Below are positions 43,550-56,619 of a stretch of DNA of 64,000 nt, in pieces; position 1 is the stretch's first letter; every line of letters begins with the position of its first letter. The stretch is from assembly GCA_964016885.1 (NCBI GenBank), contig OZ024743.1, positions 329,778,001 through 329,842,000 of the forward strand. Reading direction: 5' to 3'. Made by a program: the position numbers and the translations under genes. The stretch comes from Eledone cirrhosa. Lineage: Eukaryota. The notes below the pieces were generated by a model. That model saw only the letters and a list, made by a program, of their open reading frames with translations, was not told the DNA's origin and ran no database searches.

Positions 43550-45000
43550 GACGACCTTGACATGCTCAACCACCTCCCAACAACACTCAATAACGAACAT
43601 AACCTACTAGTAACCTTTGATGTCATCAATTTATATTCCAATTTCCCACACAACCTAGGTACAGAGGCAATGCAATTCTGGATGGAAAATTTCCCTAGTA
43701 AACTTCCACAGCGCATCCCTAAAGAATTTGTGTTGGAGGCACTCAAATTCATCTTGGAAACAAATTCTTCTAATTCAATGCCAAATACTACAGACAGACA
43801 TCTGGGACTGCCATGGGCTCGAAAGTGGCATCCTCATACGCCAACCTTGTCATGGGATATTTGAAAACCATTCTCTACCGCAAAGTTCTAGACAAATACG
43901 GCAACCACTTCTACCAACACATAGAAAAGAACTGGAAGAGATATATGGACGACTGCTTCATCCTCTGGCATGAAAGTATAGATAGACTGTTTGAGTTCAA
44001 AACCCTTCTGAATGAGCTCAACACTAACTTACAATTTACAATGGATTACAGCCATGAACACTCCCTTTCCTCGACATCCTCATCAAGAAAACAAGCAACA
44101 AAATAGAAACAGACATATACTACAAACCCACAGACTCCAAACAATACCTTCCATTCAACTCGTATCACCCTAGACACACCAAAATGGCAATTCCTTATAA
44201 CCTAGCCAGAAGGATCTGCAAAATAGTTTCAGATAAATACGCATGCTACACACGACTAGAAGAATTAAAAAACACACTTATCAGCAGAAACTACATAACC
44301 ATCCCTAATCACCAATGAATTCCAACGTGCCCTAAAACTAGACATCCAGGAACTCAGACACCCCAAACCCAGGAGTGAACCGCAACAAAAAACTCTACCA
44401 TACATCTCCACACACAATCCCCTCAACAATGAGGCATTCGATACCATGCTCCAGAACATTCCTTTACTAAAAAGAGACCCAAGAATGAACAATATCCTCC
44501 AAACACACAACATCATAAAGAGCAAAAGACCACCCAAATCCATAAAAAACATCCTCACACAAGCCAAAAATCCATCAAACCCTCACTATAAACCCTACAG
44601 TAACAAAATGCGGAAGGCCCAACTGTGGCATATGCATAAATCTAATAGAAGGTTCAACATTCCATTTAGGACAACGTTTCACAGTTAAACACAACTTTAC
44701 ATGTGCATCTGAAAACCTTATCTATGTTTTGACTTGCTCAGGTTGTCTAGAGCACTATATAGGACAGACAAAAAACAGCCTCCGTCAACGTATGACCGTC
44801 CATAAGTCACAAATTAAAATACAGGAATACAGAAAGATTGCATTTAGTGAACATATCGCCAACTAAGCTCTCAACCAACTTCCAAACTTTAAAATTTTCT
44901 CCATTTACAAATTCATAGACAACGCTACTTTCATCCAACGCACCAATAAGGAAACAGATTTCATCAATAAATTTCAACCAGTACTTAATGCCCTTAAATT
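43527..45000 (+). mobile_element. Penelope-like element (Neptune-like): RT + Cys linker + GIY-YIG, 5' truncated and frameshifted
   Basis: TFDVINLYSN, GTAMGSKVASSYANL, RYMDD, TDIYYKPTDSKQYL, KCGRPNCGIC, ENLIYVLTCSGCLEHYIGQT..LRQRMTVH. It begins directly at a (TA)n tract. Confidence 0.92.
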
Positions 45001-45423
45001 CGGACCTTTCTAAAACTGCAACAAACCATCAAACATTTACAAGAGTTACCTCCCTCACACCCTACCAAATCCTTTTTCTTAAATAAATTAAATATCACCC
45101 ACCAAGAATTGCTTCCCCCCTGCATATTAACTCTCTAAAAAAGGAAATCATATCAAACCACAGTCCACCATTTGCCTCCTTCACGGAACCATGGTTCAAC
45201 TAAACACTCTTGTGATATTAACACATTTTGAACTGCTTAACTTCAATGACTGTGCTTGTAAATAACATTAACTTTTCTTCCACATTGACTTTTTACGTTC
45301 CACATTATGCACGTTTTTTTCCTTTTTCTTTTTTCTTTTCACTTCTTAAACCTTGTTTGTATATAACATTATTCTTTCTGCACCTTCTGTTTAACATGTG
45401 CGACACCACACTAATACATTTCA

Positions 45424-45465
45424 CTATCATTTGATAATGCATATAAATGCAGAAACCGGTAATAG
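45424..45465 (+). ncRNA. Minimal hammerhead in the PLE 3' pLTR, U3-A8 core variant
   Basis: cat-TTGATAA-tgcat ataa atgca-GAAA-ccgg-TA-atag, about 430 nt downstream of the PLE ORF end. Stem I is weak. Confidence 0.6.
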
Positions 45466-45872
45466 ACAATAATTAAATATATAAATAGATAAATAAATGC
45501 CACTGTTAAATAATAAATAAATCAACTAATACCTTAACAATTCACACAAAGTAAAACATTTCGTTTTAATCATTTTCTAACCCAGAAAAGAGAGAGAGAG
45601 AAACAAAAAAGAAAAGAAAAATTTTTTCTTCCTAATAATCATCTCTTTCTCCCTGTTTTCATATATATATATATATATATATATGTAGATAAATCTACCA
45701 AAATATACGGTAGTGTCCAATCCGTATGAAGAACTCAATGTAATCCAAATATCCTGAAAAGAGAAGATGTATTCAAAATTTTTCGATGAAAAACACAGGA
45801 AAACAGAGTCAAGATAAATTAATAAAAACAATGAATAAAAACAAAGAAACAGTTCCTTATATTAAAAAATTC

Positions 45873-46003
45873 ATCATTTTACGAACGTTTCTAGGATATA
45901 TATGTGTGTGTTGGTATGTATATCATATAGATCTATGTAAAAGTTTTACAAACTATCAGAGGGAATATACATACCTACACATATATATGCTGTCTTCAGA
46001 AAT
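45873..46003 (-). ncRNA. Type I hammerhead ribozyme with about 100-nt stem II (mirror copy)
   Basis: Minus strand: attt-CTGAAGA-cagcatatatatgtg...atatatatccta-GAAA-cgttcg-TA-aaat. Confidence 0.75.
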
Positions 46004-46137
46004 TATTTCTGAAGACAGCATATATATGTGTAGGTATGTATATTCCCTCTGATAGTTTGTATAAATATGGTACATAGATCTATATGATATACATACCAAC
46101 ACACACATATATATCCTAGAAACGATCGTAAAATGAT
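46002..46137 (+). ncRNA. Type I hammerhead ribozyme with about 100-nt stem II
   Basis: attattt-CTGAAGA-cagcatatatatgtgtaggtatgtata...tatacatacc..cacatatatatccta-GAAA-cgatcg-TA-aaatgat. Confidence 0.8.
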
Positions 46138-46194
46138 TAATTTTTTTAATATAAGGAACTGTTTCTTTGATTTTATTTATTGTTTTTTTTAATT

Positions 46195-46253
<59 letters not shown>

Positions 46254-46334
46254 GTGTGTGTGTGTGTGTGTATATATATATACACACATATACATATACA
46301 TGTGTGTGTGTGTGTATATGTATGCATTCTGCAG

Positions 46335-46516
46335 TCCGACACAGTTTAGATTGTTTCAACACCTTCTTTTCAGCATAGAGTTACACCCCATTACAGTCTG
46401 CGTTCAAATCCCGCCGAGATTACTTTGCCTTACATCCTTACGGGGTCGATAAAATAAAGTACCAGTAATACACTAGAATAATTGCTGGCCTTGTGCCAAA
46501 AGTAGAAACAATTATT
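46335..46516 (+). mobile_element. tRNA-derived SINE, dominant family (diverged head)
   Basis: gttcaaatcccgccgag...ccttacggggtcgataaaataaagtaccagta...agtagaaacaattat. Confidence 0.8.
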
Positions 46517-46981
46517 ACAAAGCACCTGGATAAGTAAGCAAATCACGACAAGATGTGAATAAAAGCTACAACTACGCTATTCGAACTTGGTAGTTGCAAG
46601 CGCTGTGGTGTCTATTTTGCGGTTGAGGTAAACAATATGGTTGTAGCTCTTTCTTTTGACTATATATTTGATCTCAAATACATCATGTATCTGTTACAAT
46701 TATCGAACCTACGCGGTCAGCTTTGCATCACTCTCTAGAATACGATCTGCTGAAAACCAAGGTTCTAACAACGTTATCGACCCGACTTCATTTAGGTTTG
46801 TTGGTTCACCACTGGATAGAACTGGTCATTCCGTAGAGTCAACGGTGATGTGATATTAGGGAGAGCACTCAACGTCATGCAACTCACCCGTCTTTGTTTG
46901 TGTAGTTGGTGGTGTGAGTACGGAGTTAATTTTATAAAATAACAGGAGGCTGGACTGGTGTACTTCCTTAAAAGGTTTATT

Positions 46982-47039
46982 ATACTATGATCATTTCAAT
47001 GACCGGGTTCAGTATGAATCCGTTGACATCATCAGGTAT
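46982..47039 (-). ncRNA. Type I hammerhead ribozyme
   Basis: Minus strand: atac-CTGATGA-tgtcaa cggattca tac tgaacccg gtcatt-GAAA-tgatca-TA-gtat. Palindromic stem III. Confidence 0.78.
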
Positions 47040-47211
47040 TCGAAATATAACAAAGGAATATAATAGACACAATCCATGGGGCTGAAAAAAGAGAGACGAG
47101 AAGGCGGCCAAACATTTAGCAGTTTCTAGTCCGCTTGGCCGCCTTATATATATATATATGTATATATATATATGTATATATATATATATGTATATATATA
47201 TGTATATATAC

Positions 47212-47296
<85 letters not shown>

Positions 47297-47731
47297 TATA
47301 CATATATATATATATGTATATATATATATATGTATATATATATATGTATATATATATATACATATATATATATGTATATAAATATGTGTGATTTGTGTGT
47401 GCGTGTGTGTATCCTGGCTTGAATCGGAGGTAACCACAGTAGGTAAGGTACTCAATACATGGCAGAGTATAAATATTTAATATAGAAATGACTTTGAAAA
47501 TAAAGAGTTCTACTTCTGTACAAGGCATTTGTATATTAAATACACAAACACAGACACACACACACAGACACACACACACAGACACACACACAGACACACA
47601 CACAGACACATACACACAAACACACACAGACACACACACAGGCCCAGACACAAACAGACACATACACACAAACACACAGTTACACACACACACACAGACA
47701 CACTCACACACAGTCACACACACACACACAA

Positions 47732-47767
<36 letters not shown>

Positions 47768-48009
47768 ACACACACACATACACAAACACACACAGACCCA
47801 GGCACATACATACACACGCACACACAGACACACACACATACAGCCACACACATATACACACACACACACAGACACATACACACGCACATACACGCATTCA
47901 TACACAAACACACTCAGACACACACATACACACACACTTATATATATATATGTATGTATATCCCATGTTGGACAATTTAAGATGTTTATAGTTATGTCTA
48001 CTAGAACTT

Positions 48010-48955
48010 ACAAGGTTTATAGTATGTGATAGTAGGCACAAATGCCTATCTTTGATGAGTTAATATCTGTATAAAACAACTACAATGGTACGCGATGGGG
48101 CCCACCCACAGCCACGGCGGACAGAATGGAGAAGGCGTTTCCCCGGAGAACAGCGCTGGAAAAGCCACTCCAACTCACGGGCCTCACACCTGCAGCTGGC
48201 CAGCTCAGCGCCTATGGTGGTGAGTAAGGAGGTAGCCCTGGGGCCGAGGACACCAGAAGTCTCCACTGCCAGGGGTATGACCGCAAACATGTCGAAGAGC
48301 GACCGGTATTTGAGGAGTTTGGCCACCTCAGCCCGACGTGCAGCAGAACCTGGGTCAGTCGCAGACTGCACCTGGCTGCGGCTGAAGAAGTGACGGTGCA
48401 AGTGGCATCCCAGACGAGGGGCTTGTCACCGCGGAACGGGAAGATGGTCATGCCATCTGGCGTTTTTCCCTCCCCTCCATCCAGCTCCACCGGTTCGAGC
48501 TGGGAAGTGAAGCATGAAGCGTCCAAGCCACGCTTAATGACCTCGTTGAGGGCAGCATGGCGTGGAATGCGGCCGGCACTGTGGACTCAGGAAAGCGGGT
48601 GGAGGCCAAAAGAGTCCACGGTGGTACTGCAGCGACATTGGTGTAGCTGGCAGATCCGGAGGCCGAGCCTCAGGGAAACGCCGATGCGCAGGCTATGGTT
48701 GTCTAGCTGCGTTCCAGTGGAGAAGGAGGGCAGGGCATGGAGCCAAGCACCACTGTGGGGTTTGGAGGCCGCACGAAACAAGCATGGCGGTGCTGGTCGT
48801 GCTGGCGCGTGTGCCTGTATGAGTCCAGGCTGCACTGGATGGCATCCCACGTGCGTTGGAGTGACTTGACGTCAACAGGGGGAGAAGGAGGTGGGACGTC
48901 TACTGGGCTAAGTCCCAGCCGGGCCCACGTCTCACAGGCGGCCTCACGTTCTCTG
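48010..48955 (-). mobile_element. CRE-like non-LTR retrotransposon, 3' part (zinc knuckle + restriction-like endonuclease)
   Basis: SGAWLHALP, LRLGL..C..HQCRC...GLHPLSC, RHAALNEVIKR, PDGMTIFPFRGDKPLVWDATC, KLLKY, PLAVETSGVLG. Confidence 0.88.
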
Positions 48956-48956
48956 C

Positions 48957-50417
48957 TCCTTTTGGCTTCTGATGCAGACATCATGTCCGCCATCAGGTCC
49001 TTTCCAGCTAACAGCTGCGGAGGTGTTGATGTTCTCCGACCAGGCCACCTCAAGGAGTTGACATCTCCCCTTCTCCGCTGAGACCGGACGCCGCCTTCTT
49101 AGTGCAATTGTAGCGCTCACCAATAGGCTCATCCATGGTGTCCTGGACCCTTACGCCCGAGCCCTCATTTTTTCGGCCAGCCTCACCGCTCTCAGGAAGA
49201 ATGAGGGTGGCATACACCCCATTGCTGAGGGCAATGTCTTCTGGAGGCTGGCTGCCAAGGTGATCTGCAAGTCTGTAACACACGAACTGGGTGAGGAGTT
49301 TAGTCCGGTGGCTGTGAGGGTGCCGCTCATGCAACCAGGCAGTTCTTCAACAGCTGCCCATCGGAACCGGCATCAAGGGACTCCAGGCACCTCATTGTCA
49401 AACTTGACATGAGGAATGCCTTCAACTCTTTACGCCGGGATCATCTGCTGGAGGCCTGCCTCAGCCGAGCCCCCTCTACCTACCCGCTGGCCTACCTGTC
49501 ATATGGAGCCCCGAGCGTGCTCCTTGCTGCTGATACGGTCATACCCTCGGCTGCTGGGGTCCCAAAGGGCGACCCTCTGGGACCCCTCCTGTTCGCACTT
49601 GGTATTGACCACATCGCCCGGAGTATCACGGCCACGGCCCCTCTCAACGTTTGGTATCTGAGTGATGCTACGTTGGGCGGGCCCGTACGGACGGTCCGCC
49701 ATGACCTTCAATCGGTGGTTCCTGCCCTGGCGGGAATCGGCCTCCAGGTCAACTTGGCCAAGTCGGAGGTGGTGAATGCCAGCCTCGATGCTGCGAGCTT
49801 TGCAGCCTCCGTCTTAGACGTGCGGTCCATTCTCCCCAAGGTTCAGGTGACCCCAAAGAGGATGTCCTCATCCTCGGGTCACCTATCCACCCGCCAGCCA
49901 TCCGCTCCACCATCAGGTCCAGGCTTCAACAGCTCCATACTCTCACGAGCCGACTGGGCTTGATTGACGGCCACCCAGCTCTCTTTCTGCCGAGGAACTG
50001 CTTCGCCATACCGAAGCTTCTCTATACACTCCGCAGCGTTCCGTGCTACACCCAGACATCTCTCCTCGCTGACCTCGATACTTGTGTCCGGGCAGCAGCC
50101 GAGGAGATATGCAAAGTCAAGTTTGACGACATAGGGTGGCAACAGGCAACTTTACCTGTCAGGTATGGCAGCCTTGGCCTCCGGTTCCCGATCTCACTAG
50201 CTTTGCCGGCGTATCTTTGGACGGTAACCTCGTGCCGCGTCCTCGCCAACAGAGTTCTTCAAAACACAACAGAACCCTCTGTGTTCAGAGAACGTGAGGC
50301 CGCCTGTGAGACGTGGGACCGGCTGGGACTTAGCCCAGTAGATGTCCCTCCTCCTTCACCCCCAGTTGACGTCAAGTCACCCCAACGCACGTGGGATGCC
50401 ATCCAGTGCAGCCTGGC
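48957..50417 (+). mobile_element. CRE-like non-LTR retrotransposon RT segment, inverted relative to the 3' part
   Basis: SCGGVDVLRPGHLKE, KLDMRNAFNSLRRD, GVPKGDPLGPLLF, WYLSD (decayed YLDD), GLQVNLAKSE, QATLPVRYGSLGL. Confidence 0.88.
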
Positions 50418-50690
50418 CTTAGACGTTTATAGTTGTGTTTATTAATATTTTTATAGAAAAAAGAACTCAAAACTAAGCTCAATACATTCCATCTTCTATT
50501 GTCTTTTGGGATTCCATATTAAAGACATGTTGTTCTGTGAAATTAGTTGACTACTTGCTAATTATAATTTAAAGCAGTCAGACGTTAGAAAACCTAATTA
50601 TTACAGAAGCACAAAGGACGTTAAATTGAATACCGTGTCGTATACTCATCTTTTATTCATGCAGTAGGATTCCCACACATCTCTCTCTCT

Positions 50691-50734
<44 letters not shown>

Positions 50735-50751
50735 ATATATAAACATATATA

Positions 50752-51268
50752 CTAGCCGAATTACCCGCGCCTTGCTGCGGTTCACACATTTTTTTTTTTG
50801 TAAGAAAATGATGATTGATTTTAAATCAGTGATATAATTTATGTAGAAAAACTCTGCATTTCAATATTACTCAATGTAAAATGTAATGCATGAAAAATTG
50901 GAAAACATTATTTTTTGTAATATATCAAATCAAAATTACATTATTAAATATTATTCTTATTTTGTTTTTTGTAAATATTTTTTTTCAAAATATCAATTCA
51001 AAACTTTTGTGAATAGGCATCATATCTTGTCATTTACTATGGTTTAAATTTCATATAAACCAAAGGGAAAAAACTTTCAGCGGGCGTTTTGAGCCCCCGG
51101 GGAACCCTTTGAGTAAAATGAAATATACTTATCCAAGTACCCTGGGCATTGTAGTTTCAGAATATATATGGTTATGGGGGGTCTATCTCCAAAACCATAG
51201 GAGGATTTCGTGAACAAACAAACAAACAAACAAACAAACAGACAGGAATACAACTTTATATATATCGA
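50752..51268 (-). mobile_element. Helitron-like non-autonomous element
   Basis: Minus strand starts TCgatatatataaagttg then (GTTT)n, and ends with the GC hairpin ccgcagcaaggcgcgg followed by CTAG and t. Confidence 0.75.
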
Positions 51269-51391
51269 TATATATGTAGTTCCACAACACTTAGTTCACC
51301 ATACCGAGAACAATGTTTCACCTTATGCGGATCCTCAGCTCGGTCAGAATATATATATATATAATATACATATAATAATAATAATAATAAT

Positions 51392-51435
<44 letters not shown>

Positions 51436-51684
51436 GAGAGGTATAGAGATTGTTTTAGCAAGAAGCTAACGGCATTCTATAACATATATGCGACTATAAC
51501 GTCAAGATGGGAAAAGTAGTTAACGAAAGATTTAGGAAAAATAACTCAAACTCATCTCAAAAGAGAATCAGGATATAAATTCATCCACAGAATTTAGTAA
51601 AATCCAGGGAAAATCTATAGACCTTTAACTCATGATAAAATAAAGTTTGAAACACTTATCCTTCAATTTGGAATAACATCAAAT

Positions 51685-51766
51685 GCTCTGTATAGTCTTA
51701 AAAGACTATTTCATGAAAACTTTCAGTGGAGATGGTCACGGTTGGAATTTCAATCATCAGCAGAGC
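51685..51766 (-). ncRNA. Type I hammerhead ribozyme, copy 1
   Basis: Minus strand: gctctg-CTGATGA-t tgaaa...tttca t-GAAA-tagtctt tt aagacta-TA-cagagc. All three stems are well paired. Confidence 0.92.
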
Positions 51767-52312
51767 TCAACAGAAAACCAGGGCTCTCACAGTAATATAA
51801 TCCGAAAAGGGGAATTCTAAAACTGGCTAGTTCGCCTTCATGTGTATTTATGAAAAGGCACATGAGGAAAAAACGGGGCTAGTGACGTCAGGATGGAAGT
51901 GAATGTTTATTTACAAGAAATAGCAGTCAAATACATTCTGAAAAAAACTCTACAAAGGAGTTCAGCAAAATAGCAATATTATCACAGTTTTTATGAAAAA
52001 AACCGGGATTAGTCACAGATAGTTTAAGCACTCTAGGAAAAGAATCCGAGTATAAATATAAATGAGAGGTATAGAGATTGTTTTAGCAAGAAGCTAACGG
52101 CATTCTATAACATATATGCGACTATAACGTCAAGATGGGAAAAGTAGTTAACGAAAGATTTAGGAAAAATAACTCAAACTCATCTCAAAAGAGAATCAGG
52201 ATATAAATTCATCCACAGAATTTAGTAAAATCCAGGGAAAATCTATAGACCTTTAACTCATGATAAAATAAAGTTTGAAACACTTATCCTTCAATTTGGA
52301 ATAACATCAAAT

Positions 52313-52394
52313 GCTCTGTATAGTCTTAAAAGACTATTTCATGAAAACTTTCAGTGGAGATGGTCACGGTTGGAATTTCAATCATCAGCAGAGC
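52313..52394 (-). ncRNA. Type I hammerhead ribozyme, copy 2
   Basis: Identical to the motif at 51685, 628 nt away. Confidence 0.92.
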
Positions 52395-53167
52395 TCAACA
52401 GAAAACCAGGGCTCTCACAGTAATATAATCCGAAAAAGGGAATTCTAAAACTGGCTAGTTCGCCTTCATGTGTATTTATGAAAAAGCACATGAGGAAAAA
52501 ACGGGGCTAGTGACGTCAGGATGGAAGTGAATGTTTATTTACAAGAAATAGCAGTCAAATACATTCTGAAAAAAACTCTACAAAGGAGTTCAGCAAAATA
52601 GCAATATTATCACAGTTTTTATGAAAAAAACCGGGATTAGTCACAGATATATATATATATATACACATCTGCTCGTTTTCGACCTGGTTTCACACGTCAA
52701 CCCGCTTGGATGATCTCCCTTTCCTTTCTCCATCTCACTTCCGGTTCCTCCGTCTATCTATCTCTCTATCTACACTGTCCTTGCTGAGATCGCACGAAAA
52801 AACCTCACTGCATAGTTATATTGACTACAGTTCGTTGTAACTCATTCTATTTTCTCCTCAGTTACACACGTGCATGTGCCATTGTCCCATATTCCCCCCT
52901 CCATTCGGTTAGTTTACTTCGTGTTTTCCTCTTTCCTTTTTTCTCTTTCTTCCCCTCTCTTCACTATCTTATCTTTTCTTCCCCTCAGAGCCTTTTGGTT
53001 GGCAAAAGGCGTTGGGCGCGTTGCTGATCGATTTCGATATCCTGTTTTAAGCGCCGAAGCATCTATGATCTGCAGTTAACAGCTGATGAAGGGTTCTTCT
53101 CTTGTTTGGTCCATATTACCATCTTAAACTTTGTTTATAGTAACTACACAGCCCGCCTCGTTTCTTG

Positions 53168-53290
<123 letters not shown>

Positions 53291-53678
53291 TGAGAGAGAG
53301 AGAGAAATGCATGCATATATGATGGCTGCCCTCTCGTTATCGAGTATGGCCATTGCACGATATAACATTATTAATAATTATCAATTAATGCTATCGTGCA
53401 ACGCCTGCGCGTGAACATTTTTTTAAAGTGAGGAAAGACTGTGCACTGAGCCAATCCCACTCTCTGAGCGACAGTAGCTATAACCCGAAAAGAAGAAAAG
53501 ATCAACATCATCGGTAACTACTGAGCCGCAGGTTTTATGTATGTTCTCTCTTTCTCTTAATTTCGAGTACATTTTTGACCGGCCATCTTCCTGGTGGCAA
53601 GGTTGGAAAAGAAAAGAAATTGTCATCCCTTGAATCGCAAGAATGTTTTGGAAATTTTTAAGGTGCCATTTGTAGACT

Positions 53679-55305
53679 ATGTATGTATGTATGTATGTAT
53701 GTATGGATAGATGTATGTATGTATGTATGTATGTATGTATGGATAGATGTATGTATGTATGTATGTATGTATGTATGTATGTATGTATGGATAGATGTAT
53801 GTATGTATGTATGTATGTATGTATGTATGTATGTATGTATGTATGTATGTATGGATAGATGTATGTATGTATGTATGTATGTATGTATGTATGTATGGAT
53901 AGATGTATGTATGTATGTATGTATGTATGTATGTATGTATGTATGTATGTATGGATAGATGTATGTATGTATGTATGTATGGATGGATGGATGGATAGAT
54001 GTATGTTTGTATGTATGTATGGATGGATGGATGGATGGATGGATGGATAGATGTATGTTTGTATGTATGTATGTATGTATGTATGGATGGATGGATGGAT
54101 AGATGTATGTTTGTATGTATGTATGTATGTATGTATGGATGGATGGATGGATGGATGGATGGATGGATAGATGTATGTTTGTATGTATGTATGTATGTAT
54201 GTATGGATGGATGGATGGATAGATGTATGTTTGTATGTATGTATGTATGTATGTATGTATGGATGGATGGATAGATGTATGTTTGTATGTATGTATGTAT
54301 GTATGTATGTATGGATGGATGGATGGATAGATGGATGTTTGTATGTATGTATGTATGTATGTATGGATGGATGGATGGATGGATGGATGGATGGATGGAT
54401 GGATGGATGGATAGATGTATGTTTGTATGTATGTATGTATGGATGGATGGATGGATGGATGGATGGATAGATGTATGTTTGTATGTATGTATGTATGTAT
54501 GTATGTATGTATGTATGTATGTATGTATGGATGGATGGATGGATGGATAGATGTATGTTTGTATGTATGTATGTATGTATGTATGTATGTATGTATGGAT
54601 GGATGGATGGGTAGATGTATGTTTGTATGTATGTATGTATGTATGTATGTATGTATGTATGTATGGATGGATGGATGGATAGATGGATGTTTGTATGTAT
54701 GTATGTATGTATGTATGTATGGATGGATGGATGGATGGATGTTTGTATGTATGTTTGTATGTATGTATGGATGGATGGATGGATGGATAGATGGATGTTT
54801 GTATGTATGTTTGTATGTATGTATGGATGGATGGATGGATGGATGGATGGATGGATGGATGGATGGATGGATGTATGTTTGTATGTATGTATGTATGTAT
54901 GTATGGATGGATGGATGTATGTATGGATAGATGTATGTTTGTATGTATGTATGTATGTATGTATGTATGTATGGATGGATGGATGTTTGTATGTATGTTT
55001 GTATGTATGTATGTATGGATGGATGGATGGATGGATGGATGGATGGATAGATGTATGTTTGTATGTATGTATGTATGTATGTATGTATGGATGGATGGAT
55101 GGATGGATGGATGGATGGATGGATGGATGGATGTATGTTTGTATGTATGTATGTATGTATGGATGGATGGATGGATGGATGTATGTATGTTTGTATGTAT
55201 GTATGTATGTATGTATGTATGTATGTATGGATGGATGGATGGATGGATGGATGGATGGATGGATGGATGGATGGATGGATGGATGGATGTATGTTTGTAT
55301 GTATG
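53679..55305. repeat. Compound (ATGT)n/(ATGG)n tetranucleotide microsatellite, about 1.6 kb
   Basis: Direct reading. Confidence 0.95.
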
Positions 55306-55849
55306 TGTGTATAGTTTAAAATTAAAAAAGGCAAACACAGAGATACAATGACAGCCTTATCAGCTTCACTCCTGTGAGGATAAGTACGAAAAAAGAATGC
55401 CTCAACGTATCCAACATTAATCCTTCGCCAGGAAACATAAGAAAGTTGAATAGAATAAGACATGCAAATTATCTGGATGGGTAAGGTATATATGATATAA
55501 TTACCTCCAATACCGTTTGAGTCAAAGTGACACAAGTTATACTCGTAAACATTCTCTTTTTCCTGTTTCTGTTCCAACCTCCACCCAGATGTCTGCTCAT
55601 ATCGACGCAGTACTTGTTCTTCAAATCTGGTACTTAATTCAACGATCAGTTTTTGATGAATCACCAACTTACTGGATGTAAACAGACAGAAACGTAAACA
55701 GACACACACACGCACACGCGCACAGACATACACACACGCACACACACAGACACACACGCACGTGCGCACACACGAACACACACGCACGCACACATATGTT
55801 GCCCTAGTATGACCGCAGTTTAATGACAAACCAATAAAGGACTATTTCT

Positions 55850-56162
55850 GTGTGTGTGGTATAATGTTTAGAACGATCGGATATATCGTGAGGTGAGTTC
55901 AATTCCTGGACTGGGTGATGCATTGTGTCCTTCAGCAAGACACTTTATTTCACATTGTTCTAGTTCACCCACCTCGAAAACATGAGTTGTGGCGTCACTG
56001 GCGCCAAGCTGTAATGGCCTTTGTCTTTCCCTTGAATAACATTGGTGGCGTGGAGAGAGAAATAGGTGACAGTTGATCTTCCACAAAAACACCTTGTCCG
56101 GGCTTGAACCAGGGAGAGGTGGAAATCCTTTGGTCATTCGTGACTAAAGGGTGTCTTTACCG
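55850..56162 (+). mobile_element. tRNA-derived SINE, second family
   Basis: B box gagttcaattcc. The body is shared with 34152-34460. Confidence 0.7.
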
Positions 56163-56619
56163 TTTATGTGTGTGTGTAGACGTGCATGTGTGCGTGCGCT
56201 GCGCAAACTGGCATTACAAATGCTCGAAACTGCACGTAAACAATGTAGCGGACGAGGTACATTTGCAGCTGTCCGTTTTATGTAGCGGTGTTTATTTTCT
56301 GCTAATATTATATAAATATATATATATATATATATATTTTTGTCGGGCCAAGCTTCTGCCTGCTACTGGTACCATGTAATCTAGTACAATCTACTTCACG
56401 GGCGAGTGGTCAGAGATGAAACTGGCTCTCTCACCAGACCCTGGATTTGATTTTAGTGGATTAGATATATTAGATGATGGGCTCCTGTGGTCTACCAAAG
56501 TCCACTGACGAGATATTTCTCTGCCGTAGGCTTGTTGTTGCTAATTTAAAACGTATAAAGACATGGTAGCGTGCTCAATGAATTCGCTTCACAACTAATT
56601 GTTTTCTTTCTTTTCCTCC

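Larger units (their letters stand above)
45812..46196. repeat. Fold-back (about 190-bp arms) carrying two divergent hammerheads
   Basis: The arms are reverse complements around cttcagaaattatttctgaag (axis about 46004). Confidence 0.9.
51432..52650 (-). mobile_element. Tandem 628-bp non-coding hammerhead element (about 1.94 monomers) within (TA)n, retrozyme-like
   Basis: aaatgagaggtatagag occurs at 51432 and 52060. The copies are nearly identical with one HHR per unit and no ORF. Confidence 0.85.

Noticed and set aside
53070-53165. CTGATGA in an island between (TA)n tracts
   Set aside because: No downstream GAAA or stem III could be found.
53658-55829. 723-aa ORF and overlapping long ORFs
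   Set aside because: These are translations of the (ATGT)n/(ATGG)n microsatellite, with no domain content.
56408-56525. Possible type II hammerhead (GAAA-ctgg..ccag..tgga/tcca-CTGACGA)
   Set aside because: U16.1 is missing, there are extra bases before stem I, and stem II is out of register. Likely chance.
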